This document shows positions 24,039-33,856 of a stretch of DNA of 64,000 nucleotides, in pieces. The stretch comes from an uncultured Prevotellaceae bacterium (GTDB taxonomy: Bacteria; Bacteroidota; Bacteroidia; Bacteroidales; Bacteroidaceae): the NCBI GenBank assembly GCA_902786665.1, contig CADADN010000058.1, forward strand, positions 4,866-68,865. The letters run 5' to 3'. Every line of letters starts with the position of its first letter. Position 1 is the stretch's first letter. Made by a program: the position numbers and the translations under genes. The notes under the pieces are model-generated. The model was given only the letters and a program-made list of their open reading frames with translations. It was not told the origin of the DNA and searched no databases.

Positions 24039-25211
24039 ATGAGACCATTATCCGACCGCACGGCGGGATTCACCGACTCCGTCATCCGCCGCATGACACG
24101 CATCAGCAACCACTACGGAGCCATCAACCTCTCGCAGGGATTCCCCGACTTCGACCCGCCACGGGCACTGGCCGACAGGCTGGCTGAGATCGCTCCCCAC
24201 GGCCCTCACCAGTATGCCATCACCTGGGGAGCGCAGAACTTCCGCGAGGCACTGGCCCGGAAGCAGAGCCGATGGACGGGTCTGCCCATCGACCCAGACC
24301 AGAACATCGTGGTGACATGTGGCTCCACCGAGGCGATGATGGCGGCGATGATGACCGTTGTCAACCCTGGCGACAAGGTGGTCATCTTCTCACCGTTTTA
24401 CGAGAACTACACGGCAGACACCATCCTGACAGGAGCGGAACCGATCTATGTTCCGCTCGTGCCGCCAACCTTCGACTTCGACCCCAATATTCTGGAGGAC
24501 GCTTTCCGCCAGGGAGCCAAGGCACTGGTGCTCTGCAACCCATCGAATCCCACGGGCAAGGTCTTTTCGCGGGAGGAACTGGAGGTGATAGCCGACGTCG
24601 TCATCAGGCACGACGGCTATGTCATCACCGACGAGGTGTATGAACATATCGTCTACACTCCCCACCACCACGTCTATGTCTCCTCCCTTCCCGGCATGTG
24701 GGAACGGACCATCTCATGCAGTTCGCTGTCGAAAACCTACAGCATCACGGGATGGCGGTTGGGCTATGTCATTGCCCCGGAGCGCATCATCGACCGGGTG
24801 AAGAAGGTGCACGACTTCCTGACCGTCGGTGCCGCCGCACCCTTGATGGAGGCCGCCACAGTGGGACTCTGCTTCCCGAACAGCTATTACGAGGAGTTGC
24901 ACAACCACTACACCCACATGCGTGACCTCTTCTGCGACGGCCTGCGAGAGTTCGGCCTCCGTTTCACCGAACCGCAGGGTGCCTATTACGTGCTGCTCGA
25001 CGTGTCGGAATACGGCGTGCGGGATGACCTGCGCTTCTGCGAGTGGCTGGCAGAGCATGTCGGCGTGGGGGCCGTCCCGGGCAGCTGTTTCTTCCGAGAG
25101 GACGTGGGGCACCTCATCCGGTTCCATTTCGCCAAGAAAGACGATACACTGACGGCAGCCCTCGACCGTCTGTCGGAACTGGATGCCAAGGCAAGACTAT
25201 ATGTGGAGTAA
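24039..25211 (+). CDS. PLP-dependent class I/II aminotransferase (YbdL/methionine aminotransferase-like)
   Basis: INLSQGFPD, NPSNPTG, DEVY, SLSKTYSITGWRLGY; TAACTTTG promoter element at 23974-23981. Confidence 0.9.
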   Translation: MRPLSDRTAGFTDSVIRRMTRISNHYGAINLSQGFPDFDPPRALADRLAEIAPHGPHQYAITWGAQNFREALARKQSRWTGLPIDPDQNIVVTCGSTEAMMAAMMTVVNPGDKVVIFSPFYENYTADTILTGAEPIYVPLVPPTFDFDPNILEDAFRQGAKALVLCNPSNPTGKVFSREELEVIADVVIRHDGYVITDEVYEHIVYTPHHHVYVSSLPGMWERTISCSSLSKTYSITGWRLGYVIAPERIIDRVKKVHDFLTVGAAAPLMEAATVGLCFPNSYYEELHNHYTHMRDLFCDGLREFGLRFTEPQGAYYVLLDVSEYGVRDDLRFCEWLAEHVGVGAVPGSCFFREDVGHLIRFHFAKKDDTLTAALDRLSELDAKARLYVE

Positions 25212-25241
25212 ACATGACAGCCGTGACTTCACTTACGCATG

Positions 25242-25337
25242 CAGCCCGAATCCTCTTTCATGGTGGATTCGGGCTGTTTTGTTTTTTGGCCTTTGTTGGG
25301 AAACCCCATCGGCCTTGTTGTCCGATGGGGATTTTTT
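25242..25337. terminator. Pair of terminator hairpins between convergent genes
   Basis: CAGCCCGAATCC / GGATTCGGGCTG plus T-tract; CCCCATCGG / CCGATGGGG plus T-tract. Confidence 0.7.
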
Positions 25338-25381
25338 CATCCTTTCTTTCCTAAAACGAGCACCAGCTTGGAAGGAGCATC

Positions 25382-27910
25382 TTAGTGGAGGATGACATTG
25401 ACCAACCCTGTCACGTCGGTGATGGACACGTTTCCGTCGCCATTGATATCTGCATTGGCGATGATGAAATTGTCATCGGCGTTGCCCAGGATGTGGTTCA
25501 CCAGCAATGTGACATCGGTGATGTTGACATCGCCGTCTCCATTCACGTCGCCGATGAGAGTGGCCACGTTCTTGATGATGGATATCGCCCCCACCTGCCA
25601 TTCGTCAGAGTTGGAGTCGAGCGCCATCTTCAGCACGCCATCCTTCTTCATCACATAGCGCACTTGGATTTTCTTCCATCCGTTGTCTGTTCCCACTTTT
25701 GAAGTATTCCCGGCGTCACCCTCTGTTCCTGCGACGAGGTTGACCTGTCCGCCCTCGGGTCCCTTGACATAGGCCTGCACGGTATAGTCGCCTGCGGGGT
25801 AGTAGAGGGCATGGGTCAAGGTGGTGTTGCCACCTGCCTGTGCCAAGGATGTAGTCTCCCCGTCCCAGTTGGTGCCGTTCACGATGGTGGCGTTCTGCAA
25901 GACTGTGGGATAGAAATCGAGCCGTTCCTTTGCCGCAATCCCATTGGTGTCATAATAAGCAGCGTTGATGAAGTCGAGGTTGCCGGTCTGGCCGTTTCCG
26001 CTGAAGATGATATGGTCGGGCACGCCTTCACCAAAGTTCTTGTCGATGCTCCAGCAATAGATGTCGTTGCCCGTGCTCGACGTGCCCACCTTGGTCATCT
26101 CATGTCCCGGCCATTCACCTCCGGTGTAATTCTTGTTTTCTATGTCATAGAACAAGGAGCACCACGCCCAGGCATGATTCCATCCCGAAGGAGCGTCGAA
26201 ATAGGCCAGCACCTTGGAAGAGGCCTCGTCGCCTTTGTAAAGCGGCGTATAGTTGGCATATTTATCATTGTCATCGGCCCAATAGCAGATGTAGGTGTCT
26301 TCTGTGATGCGTTCGATGTTGCTGGTCTGATTACCGTTGTCGTAAGTGACAATGGCATTGAACGATGCGGCAGAGATGGTCTGCTTGTACCACTGTGTGC
26401 CGTCGCCAAGCGTGGTCGTCTCGGTCAGTTGCTTGCCGGGCCACCCGCCATTGATTTGGTTGTCTCCATCCCATACATAGAGATAGGGATTGCCCTGGCC
26501 GTTGTCTTTCACATACACGGTGATGTCCTTCACAGCCTCAGCGTCGATTTGCTTGTAGGTATCCTCGTCGTAGACACCATCCCAAAGGTAGAGTGCGAAG
26601 TTGTCACCGCTCAGCACGAGAGTGTGCTCGTTGGTGTCCACATCATGCCCGATAAGGTTTCCCAGCGTGAGGATGATGGAACCTTTGGTTCCGGTGACCT
26701 TCAGGTAATAACCTAATCCATCCACGTCGTATTGGGCGGTGATGGGACTTTCATTGGTGATTCCTGCAGCCTTTCGTGCCTCAATCATCTTCTTGATTTC
26801 AGGCTTGTACTGCTTCCAGTGCGGGAGGAAAACACATGGCGTGCCAGGCATGGTGAGGATGAAGGCATTGGCTGCCAAGACGTTGGAACTCACCCTGTCG
26901 TCGTTGCGGTAGGTGTCATGGTTGTCGACGAAAGTGACGGCGTATCTGCTCCAATTGGGGTCTCCTGCCACTCCCTTGTTGGAGAGGGCGGTCCATGCCC
27001 CGTTGTTGAACACGTTGTTCATAGAGAATTTGAGGGGGAAGTCGAAAGCCGCCGACTGCACCTCGCCATCGGCGGGGATGCCTGTTTCCTTGAGCCAATA
27101 GCCCACCACTTTTTCATAACTGCCGTCCCAATACTCACCGACGGAGAATTCCGGCTTGGCATGTTGGTTGTAGAGTCCGGTATAATACGCCTTGTAGCCT
27201 TTCACCATGTCATAGCGGAAACCCGCATACCCTAATTCATCGAGCAGGAAGTCAAGGTAGTTGCAGATGTTTTGCTGAACTCTTGCGTCGGTGTGGTCCA
27301 AGTCGCGGCAACCGTCGAAATTATCAGCCTCGTCCTCTGCCGCATCGCTGCTGCAGACGTAGGTGATGTCGCCTCCATGGTTTCCACCATCGTCAAACAC
27401 CTCGTCGTTGCTGCAGATGCCCCAGAGGTTCTGCATGTCGGCGCACCATGTCAGCGTGTAGGTCTTTCCCGTGGTGGGTCCCGTGACGGTCTCATTGGGG
27501 AAGTCGGCCCAGTTTGTAAGGCCGTTCTTGTGGTTGATGACCACATCCTCGATGATGCCGGTGCCTTTAGCCTTAAAGGTTTGAATCATCTGCATCAATT
27601 CCGCTTGAGTGCCGAAACAGGTGTTATGCCTCAGCCAATAGACGGGCGAGTAACCCATGTTCTCATATCCCCAGTTGCCGGGGGAGTTCCATTGGTCTTC
27701 CTTCGTCTGCCCGGAGTTGGGCACCCATATCAAACTGAAATAGGAAGACAGTTCATCGGCCTGTGCCGTCAAGTTCGTCCATTTGGCATCCTCGAAAGAA
27801 TCCCAATAGAAACCTTGGAGCATCACTCCTCCATAGTTGGCAGGCCAGCCATCGGCCAATATGCACATTGGCACGAACCATACGAGCAATGACAGTAGTT
27901 TTCTTTTCAT
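25382..27910 (-). CDS. GH13 alpha-amylase with two starch-binding (CBM26-like) modules and C-terminal dockerin-like module
   Basis: VMLQGFYWD, DVVINH, GFRYDMVKGY, VGEYWD, TFVDNHDT; two GG(E)WPG modules; GDVNGDGDVNITD...ADINGDGNVSITD; promoter element at 27956-27963. Confidence 0.9.
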   Translation of the reverse strand: MKRKLLSLLVWFVPMCILADGWPANYGGVMLQGFYWDSFEDAKWTNLTAQADELSSYFSLIWVPNSGQTKEDQWNSPGNWGYENMGYSPVYWLRHNTCFGTQAELMQMIQTFKAKGTGIIEDVVINHKNGLTNWADFPNETVTGPTTGKTYTLTWCADMQNLWGICSNDEVFDDGGNHGGDITYVCSSDAAEDEADNFDGCRDLDHTDARVQQNICNYLDFLLDELGYAGFRYDMVKGYKAYYTGLYNQHAKPEFSVGEYWDGSYEKVVGYWLKETGIPADGEVQSAAFDFPLKFSMNNVFNNGAWTALSNKGVAGDPNWSRYAVTFVDNHDTYRNDDRVSSNVLAANAFILTMPGTPCVFLPHWKQYKPEIKKMIEARKAAGITNESPITAQYDVDGLGYYLKVTGTKGSIILTLGNLIGHDVDTNEHTLVLSGDNFALYLWDGVYDEDTYKQIDAEAVKDITVYVKDNGQGNPYLYVWDGDNQINGGWPGKQLTETTTLGDGTQWYKQTISAASFNAIVTYDNGNQTSNIERITEDTYICYWADDNDKYANYTPLYKGDEASSKVLAYFDAPSGWNHAWAWCSLFYDIENKNYTGGEWPGHEMTKVGTSSTGNDIYCWSIDKNFGEGVPDHIIFSGNGQTGNLDFINAAYYDTNGIAAKERLDFYPTVLQNATIVNGTNWDGETTSLAQAGGNTTLTHALYYPAGDYTVQAYVKGPEGGQVNLVAGTEGDAGNTSKVGTDNGWKKIQVRYVMKKDGVLKMALDSNSDEWQVGAISIIKNVATLIGDVNGDGDVNITDVTLLVNHILGNADDNFIIANADINGDGNVSITDVTGLVNVILH

Positions 27911-28096
27911 AAGTATCGAATGTATTATGTTATTGATTTTGTGTGAAAAACGATGCAAATTTAATACAAAATCAAATCCGTTGTTCTCTTAGGGGAAACA
28001 AAAAAGCAAGGCAGGCGTGCAATCGTTTGCATTCAGGGGAGACACGGGGCCTATGAGAACCATGGGAGGCATGGGAGACACTGAAAAAAAGGGCAC

Positions 28097-30415
28097 TCAC
28101 TTGAGCGCCCCATATTTTTTCACCCGTTCATCGTTAATGACACCCCTCCAGTTCAAACCGAAGGCGAAGTCGTAGGCATGGCCGTCGGCATCCTTGTAAC
28201 AGCGCATGTCTCGCGGCACATCCTCCTTCTGTTCCTCCACCGTCTGCATGTCGGCCGGCATCTGCATGGGCAGCAGCGCAGAGGGTTCTGCCTTGCCGCT
28301 GATGATGTCGAGCAAGACCTGGTGCTGCACCTTGAAGGAGATGAGTATGACATCGGCATGAGGTTCGATTTCGGCCAGCACCACCGGCCGTCCCGTCTCC
28401 ACGACGACCACTACGGGTTTGTCGCCCATCTTCTCCTTGGTGTCAGCCACCAAGAGCATGTCGTCACGATTATAGGTTTTCACACTCTTTCCCTTGAAAC
28501 TGCGGTTGGTAGTGCGCTCCATCGGGTCACCGCCGGCGATGCTGACGGCACGTGCATCGGAAGCGGTGTAGTCCTCGTACTGCAGGCTGACGGGAACATA
28601 GCCGTTTCCACCTTTCACGGCGTCATCCTTGCTATAGCCCACTCCCGAACTCGGCTCTTGTATGAGGCAGATGGCGAAGTCGGCCTGTTCGGGTTGTTGC
28701 ACCACCTCGAAATATTTCTCCACGAGGCTCAGGTCGATAGGTTCCACCGTCTTCTCCTCAGAGACGCCACCCCACATGCCAGGGATGGCGGGGAAATGGC
28801 GCTTGGGCACATAGACCTTCTTTTTCCCACTCACAGGCAATGAATGGTCGTGGTTCTTGAGCATCACGACAGATTTCAGTTGGGCTTCGTAGCCTTCCTT
28901 CATGAAATTGGCGTTGCCCACGATTTTCCCTGTCTCGGAAGGGTTCAGATAGGGATTCTCAAACAGCCCCACACGGAACATGTTGAGCAGGAGCCGTCGT
29001 GCCGACAGTTCAAAGCGCTCACGGGCGCTTTCCTCTCCATACTCCTTGCTCCACATCTGATACGCCTTGACGATGGGTCCTATCTCGTTGTTCCCTCCAA
29101 ACTGGTCGACGCCGGCCTGCAGAATTTTGTAATGCCGCTCCACTTCCGACAGCTGCTCCACACCCCACGGCTTGCCACCGATAGGCGAGTCGAGCACCTT
29201 CATATCCTTGGTGATGCCCCAGTCGGTGCACACCACACCTTCAAACTTAGCATCCTCACGGAGTTGCTTCTCTATCATCCATTTGCTGAAACTGCCGCCC
29301 ACGTTCTCGCCCGAGGGGTCTTGGTTCCACAAGATGCTGTAGATGGGCATCACGGCAGAGGCCATCTTCGTCCCACCAGGCAGTTTGAAAGCCCCCTCCA
29401 CAAACGAGCGCTTGTGCATGGCGAGATTGTCGCCGGGGTAGACGGCATACTTTCCCGAGGCGAAATGGGAGTCGCGCCCTCCCTCCTGTGCACCATAACC
29501 ATACCAGTGCTTCACCATCGCGTTCACGCTCTTCATACCCCATCCCTTGGTTTCAGGAGTGGTCTGGAATGCATCGCAATAGGCACGTGCCATATCGGTG
29601 GAGAGCTGGGGGTCTTCGCCGAAGGTCCCGTCGAAACGAAACCATCGTGGTTCGGTGGCAATGTCCACCTGTGGCGACAGGGCAGTGGCTATGCCCAACG
29701 CCCTGTATTCCTCGGAGGCTATTTCGCCAAAACGATGGACCATTTGCGGGTCGAAGGTGGCAGCAAGTCCGAGCGAGGTGGGCCATTGGGAGATGTGCCC
29801 TCCAGCACCGGCATTGAACTCCGTCGTGGCCTTTGCCTCGTGGCGTGGGTCGGAACTGGTGTTGGCGGGTATGCCATGGTCGAGCCCTTCCACAAAAGCC
29901 TGCATGTTGTTGTTCCACACCGCCGCCACGATCGGACTTTCCACTCCTGTGACCAAGACAGCGCGCAGATGGTCGTCACGAAGGAACTTCTTCTGGTCGT
30001 CGGACAAGTCGGAGGCCTTTGCCCCACTTTCCTCAAAGGATTTGCCGTTATACAACGAAGCACCGAACCCCATGTTCGCTGTCATCGGCACAGACTGGTG
30101 GCTGCTATAAAGCATCAGTCCTGCAATCTCTTCCACAGACAGCAGGGATGCCAGGTTGGCGGCACGTTCCTGGGCGGTGAGTCGCCAATCTTCATAGGGG
30201 TCGAGGGTGTCATTGCGATTCAAGTCCTTGAAGGCATACCCATCGTCGGTAAGCAGTTTGACACCCGACACGGGGGAGTAGCCTAATGTGGCTCCACCTC
30301 TTTGTGTCACCAACACGAAAGAGCCTTCTTGCTTTTCCGACCAGTTCTGTCGGTCACAGGCCGACACCACGACGAGCAATGCGGCCATCCCGAATGTTGC
30401 AAATGCTTTTTTCAT
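28097..30415 (-). CDS. GH3 beta-glucosidase-type lipoprotein
   Basis: Lipobox-like VSAC; FKDLNRN..LDPYEDWRL, ALSPQVD, MVKHW, VCTDWG. Confidence 0.9.
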   Translation of the reverse strand: MKKAFATFGMAALLVVVSACDRQNWSEKQEGSFVLVTQRGGATLGYSPVSGVKLLTDDGYAFKDLNRNDTLDPYEDWRLTAQERAANLASLLSVEEIAGLMLYSSHQSVPMTANMGFGASLYNGKSFEESGAKASDLSDDQKKFLRDDHLRAVLVTGVESPIVAAVWNNNMQAFVEGLDHGIPANTSSDPRHEAKATTEFNAGAGGHISQWPTSLGLAATFDPQMVHRFGEIASEEYRALGIATALSPQVDIATEPRWFRFDGTFGEDPQLSTDMARAYCDAFQTTPETKGWGMKSVNAMVKHWYGYGAQEGGRDSHFASGKYAVYPGDNLAMHKRSFVEGAFKLPGGTKMASAVMPIYSILWNQDPSGENVGGSFSKWMIEKQLREDAKFEGVVCTDWGITKDMKVLDSPIGGKPWGVEQLSEVERHYKILQAGVDQFGGNNEIGPIVKAYQMWSKEYGEESARERFELSARRLLLNMFRVGLFENPYLNPSETGKIVGNANFMKEGYEAQLKSVVMLKNHDHSLPVSGKKKVYVPKRHFPAIPGMWGGVSEEKTVEPIDLSLVEKYFEVVQQPEQADFAICLIQEPSSGVGYSKDDAVKGGNGYVPVSLQYEDYTASDARAVSIAGGDPMERTTNRSFKGKSVKTYNRDDMLLVADTKEKMGDKPVVVVVETGRPVVLAEIEPHADVILISFKVQHQVLLDIISGKAEPSALLPMQMPADMQTVEEQKEDVPRDMRCYKDADGHAYDFAFGLNWRGVINDERVKKYGALK

Positions 30416-30440
30416 ATAAGTAGGTATTCTTGTTTTTACT

Positions 30441-30610
30441 GGAGTTAAAAGGGAGTTAAAGGGGAGTTCTCCCTCGCCCCCTGCGGCCCCCCCCTCTCAG
30501 GCAGAGGGGGATGAGTTAAAGGAACGTATGCCCACTTCATAACCATTTTTTATCTTCCTCTGCACCGTCAATCAGGGTATCGCCCCTTTTTTACCATCAT
30601 TTACTTATTT
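30441..30610 (-). repeat. 11-mer array element; family copy 3, in the predicted 5' UTR of the GH3 gene
   Basis: Aligns with 22031-22210; lies between a -7 element (30612-30619) and the ATG at 30415. Confidence 0.88.
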
Positions 30611-30717
30611 GCAAAAATAGAGATATTTATATGATTATCACAAAATGATTGTCAAGGTTTCTTCTTCTCCGCAAAAATACACATTTTTCTTCGTAACTGT
30701 TCAACGATTTTTGTTTT

Positions 30718-31063
30718 TAACACGAATTGCCACGAATAATCCACGAATTATCCATTGATTGTCTTTGTAATGGCTGTTTATGACACATTCATGGGCAATT
30801 ATTTGGCCTCTTGTCCACGGCGACACTCGGAGGCGTCGACCCCTATTCAACACCCCGGGTGTGCTCACGCCACCAAGGATGACCAGTGCTCACGAAAGGA
30901 CTTGTTTCATATATGTCCGTACAACGCCAAGAGGCCGGTGCGCCCTAGGGGGCGACGCTTGGAAGCGTCGCCCCGCCAAAAGGCCGTGAGCAAAAGGCCG
31001 GTGCGCATATCCCCTCCCAACATGGTGCGCACTTGTAGAGACGGTGATTTTTCCCGTCTCTAC
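30718..31063. repeat. Cluster of REP-like palindromes and short repeats
   Basis: CACGAAT x3 (30721-30750); GGGGCGACGCTT/AAGCGTCGCCCC (30949-30974); GTAGAGACGG/CCGTCTCTAC (31035-31063); AGGCCGGTGCGC x2. Confidence 0.65.
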
Positions 31064-31126
31064 TCAAAAGTCGTTGGGGTGCATATCACCTCACATTTTT
31101 CGGCTCAATCGGGAGAGGTCAAGAGG

Positions 31127-31627
31127 TCAACGCCCCTCCGCAACATTTTCAGGTTCCACCTCCACCGCAGTTACAGGTTCAGCCTCCGCAACATTTTCAT
31201 ATTCCACCGCCACCGCTTCTTCAGGTCCAGCCGCCACCACTTCGCCTAATTCCATAGAAGATTCCGGGTCGTATGATTGTCTAAAATCGCGATGTCCTTC
31301 ATTTTTACTAAGAGAAAATATGAAAACAAGGACAGTTAGAATAAGATATACGACAGGTACGCTTACTTTGGATTTTTCATTCTTTCTCTTACCATTCTTT
31401 CTTTTACCATCAGAACACACCTTTTCCATTATTTTCCAAAAACCAAAACAAATCATCGTAATCATAAATGTGAGGAAAAAGAAGGAACCAGCTATGCCCA
31501 ATGATGTAGCACACCCATATCCCGGGTCAGCTATTACTACATTTATAAATAACACAAACACAAAGAAGGAAATAAACATCATTACTCCCATCATAAACCT
31601 TGAAACAAACAAGAAAAATCTTTTCAT
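31127..31627 (-). CDS. AT-rich hypothetical membrane protein (3 TM) with acidic repeated tail, possibly truncated
   Basis: Three hydrophobic segments; visibly lower GC than neighbours; ENVAE repeat. Confidence 0.55.
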   Translation of the reverse strand: MKRFFLFVSRFMMGVMMFISFFVFVLFINVVIADPGYGCATSLGIAGSFFFLTFMITMICFGFWKIMEKVCSDGKRKNGKRKNEKSKVSVPVVYLILTVLVFIFSLSKNEGHRDFRQSYDPESSMELGEVVAAGPEEAVAVEYENVAEAEPVTAVEVEPENVAEGR

Positions 31628-31756
31628 AACACTTTTATTTTAACAACATTGATTATGGTTTGATATAATAGATGCTTTTCCTCAATGAAATATAACACCA
31701 ACTGAGTCTCTCCTCATAGCCATATGCCCGGCGGAGTGTTAAAGAAAGTAAAACAG

Positions 31757-32359
31757 ATGGTGATTCATACAAGATTTCCGAATTTTGTAATTATTAGGAT
31801 AGGAACGCAAGAAGAAATGGTCGAACAACTCGTAGAGCGCATACGTAACAAGGACCAGCAGGCGATGAAACAACTCTACCTCCAGTATGTAGGGGAACTC
31901 TCGTCTGTATGCCATCGCTATGTGCCTGCGGATGACGATGCGAAGGACGTGCTGCAAAACAGTTTCGTGAAAATATTCAAGTCGATACCGACCATGGAAT
32001 ATCGTGGAGAGACAAGTTTCAAAGGCTGGATGCGCAAGGTTGTGGTGAACGAGTCACTGAATTTCCTGAGGGAAAGAAAGCGACTGAACTGGGTGACGCT
32101 TGACACCACCAAACTTCAACTGGAAGATGACGAAGAGCCAAAGGTGGAACGCGTGTCGCCAGACGAGTTGCATCGCCTGGTCAGCGAACTGCCCGATGGC
32201 TATCGCACCGTGCTGAACCTCTATGTCCTCGAAGGCTATAGCCATAAGAACATAGCGGAAATGCTAGGCATCAAGGAAGGAACCTCAGCCTCTCAACTCT
32301 TTTATGCAAAGCAGAAATTGGCAAGGAAGATCAAGGATTTAATGAAAGGAAAGCGATGA
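31757..32359 (+). CDS. ECF-type RNA polymerase sigma factor (start uncertain, 31757 or 31817)
   Basis: DAKDVLQNSFVKIF, FKGWMRKVVVN, LPDGYRTVLNL...EGYSHKNIAEMLGI..GTS.SQL. Confidence 0.92.
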   Translation: MVIHTRFPNFVIIRIGTQEEMVEQLVERIRNKDQQAMKQLYLQYVGELSSVCHRYVPADDDAKDVLQNSFVKIFKSIPTMEYRGETSFKGWMRKVVVNESLNFLRERKRLNWVTLDTTKLQLEDDEEPKVERVSPDELHRLVSELPDGYRTVLNLYVLEGYSHKNIAEMLGIKEGTSASQLFYAKQKLARKIKDLMKGKR

Positions 32360-33639
32360 AAGAGAAGTGGACGGAAGAGATGAGACGCAAACTGGAGGGT
32401 CACAGGAAGGCACCTCCCGAGGGACTGTGGGAAGGCATCAGCGAGCAGATGGGTTTCAAACCGAAAGAAGCAGGCAAGGAGGCGAAGCATCCCGGCGTTG
32501 CCAGCCATCCTGCTGCCAAACGGTGGTATTGGGCTGCCGCAGCTGCCGTCTTGTTAATCGGAGGCTTTTTCACCTTTTATCATCACGACGGCAAAGACTC
32601 TTCCTCCCTGACCGCCACAACTGTCGTGCAAACGGAGGACACGCCAAAGACGGAGCCAACAAAAGTCGTGGCGGAGGTTGAGACTCCGACTGCAGGAAAG
32701 CCACTCACCCAAAAGATGACTCCGACTGCAGAAAAGCCGCTCAACGAGAAGATGACTCCGACTGCAGAAAAACCGCTCACCGAGAAGATGACTACGCTCA
32801 CGAAGAAGTGGGCCAACACCGCCAAGACACAAGCAGCGCCCCCAATAACGGTGTCGGAGCATCAAGAACCCGCCGCCGAGGAGCCTAAGACGCCTACTCC
32901 ACCCTCTCCCACCGACCAGAACCTCACCGCCGATACCCAACCCATAAAACAAAAGGCAGAGAAAAGTGAAATGGCATCGATGGAACCTGTACGTCGCCAA
33001 CCCTCAAGCAAGGGCAAATGGACCATGGGCTTGCAGGCGTCGGGCGGACTGCTGGCATCCGGCAACCACAATGGTTCGATGAACAAAAACAGCAGTTACA
33101 TGGCGGCAAATTACAATTATAATGGGATAACATTAATCGAAGCAGCTTCCTATATGGGATATGATATGGGATATGCCACAAACTCCAAACCTGAGACATC
33201 CCATTCCAAGCATCATCTGCCCGTGCGTTTCGGCATGAGCCTGCAATACCAATTGAACGACCGCCTGGCGTTGCTCAGCGGCATCAACTACACCTGGCTC
33301 TACTCGGAGTTCATCAAGGGAAACTCCACAACCGACCAACACCTGCACTACTTGGGTGTCCCGGTGGGCGTGGCCTATCGGTTGTGGTCCAATCAGCGCC
33401 TGCAATGCTACCTCTCAGGAAGTGCCATGCTGGAGAAATGCCTCAACGAAAAACCCTGGCAATGGTCTGTGAATGCCGGAGCAGGAGCGGAATATGCCAT
33501 CACCAAGCAGGCAGGCCTTTACCTTGAGCCTGCCCTGGGTTACCATTTCGACGACGGCACATCCTTCGAACATTATTATAAAGACCATCCCCTGGCACCC
33601 TCCATCATGTTCGGCCTGCGCATGCACATCAATGAATAG
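32356..33639 (+). CDS. Putative dual-membrane-spanning anti-sigma factor (cytoplasmic N-terminus, TM helix, disordered linker, outer-membrane beta-barrel)
   Basis: Overlaps the sigma stop (ATGA); PPEGLWEGI; TM WYWAAAAAVLLIGGFFTFY; P/T/E/K-rich linker; barrel motifs HHLPVRFG, LHYLGVPV, LYLEP. Confidence 0.75.
   Translation: MKEKWTEEMRRKLEGHRKAPPEGLWEGISEQMGFKPKEAGKEAKHPGVASHPAAKRWYWAAAAAVLLIGGFFTFYHHDGKDSSSLTATTVVQTEDTPKTEPTKVVAEVETPTAGKPLTQKMTPTAEKPLNEKMTPTAEKPLTEKMTTLTKKWANTAKTQAAPPITVSEHQEPAAEEPKTPTPPSPTDQNLTADTQPIKQKAEKSEMASMEPVRRQPSSKGKWTMGLQASGGLLASGNHNGSMNKNSSYMAANYNYNGITLIEAASYMGYDMGYATNSKPETSHSKHHLPVRFGMSLQYQLNDRLALLSGINYTWLYSEFIKGNSTTDQHLHYLGVPVGVAYRLWSNQRLQCYLSGSAMLEKCLNEKPWQWSVNAGAGAEYAITKQAGLYLEPALGYHFDDGTSFEHYYKDHPLAPSIMFGLRMHINE
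32683..32800 (+). repeat. In-frame 36-bp tandem repeat, 3 copies plus a partial copy
   Basis: TPTAGKPLTQKM / TPTAEKPLNEKM / TPTAEKPLTEKM. Confidence 0.9.
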
Positions 33640-33856
33640 TTTTCCAAGTGGGCCAAAACCCACTTGGAGACTTCTCTCCCCATTCCCGGCATCACACACG
33701 CCTTTTTTCACAATCTGGGAAAATCGTCACATTTTTCTAAATATATGACAATTATTTGACTTTTTCGTCTTATCTTTGCAATATGAACCAAGGAGGTGTT
33801 CATCCAGGATGAAACCCACCTGAAATGTATGAATATTCATAAAGAAAAATGACAAG

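Noticed and set aside
28050-28080. Short CATGGGAG repeat downstream of GH3
   Set aside because: Only two to three degenerate units; possibly another array remnant but too short to support.
28844-30286. Long antisense ORFs (also 7421-8626, 20922-22004, 37189-38250, 45134-46441, 56955-58133, 61495-62607)
   Set aside because: They shadow well-supported genes on the opposite strand, have no motifs, and are expected from GC-rich codon bias.
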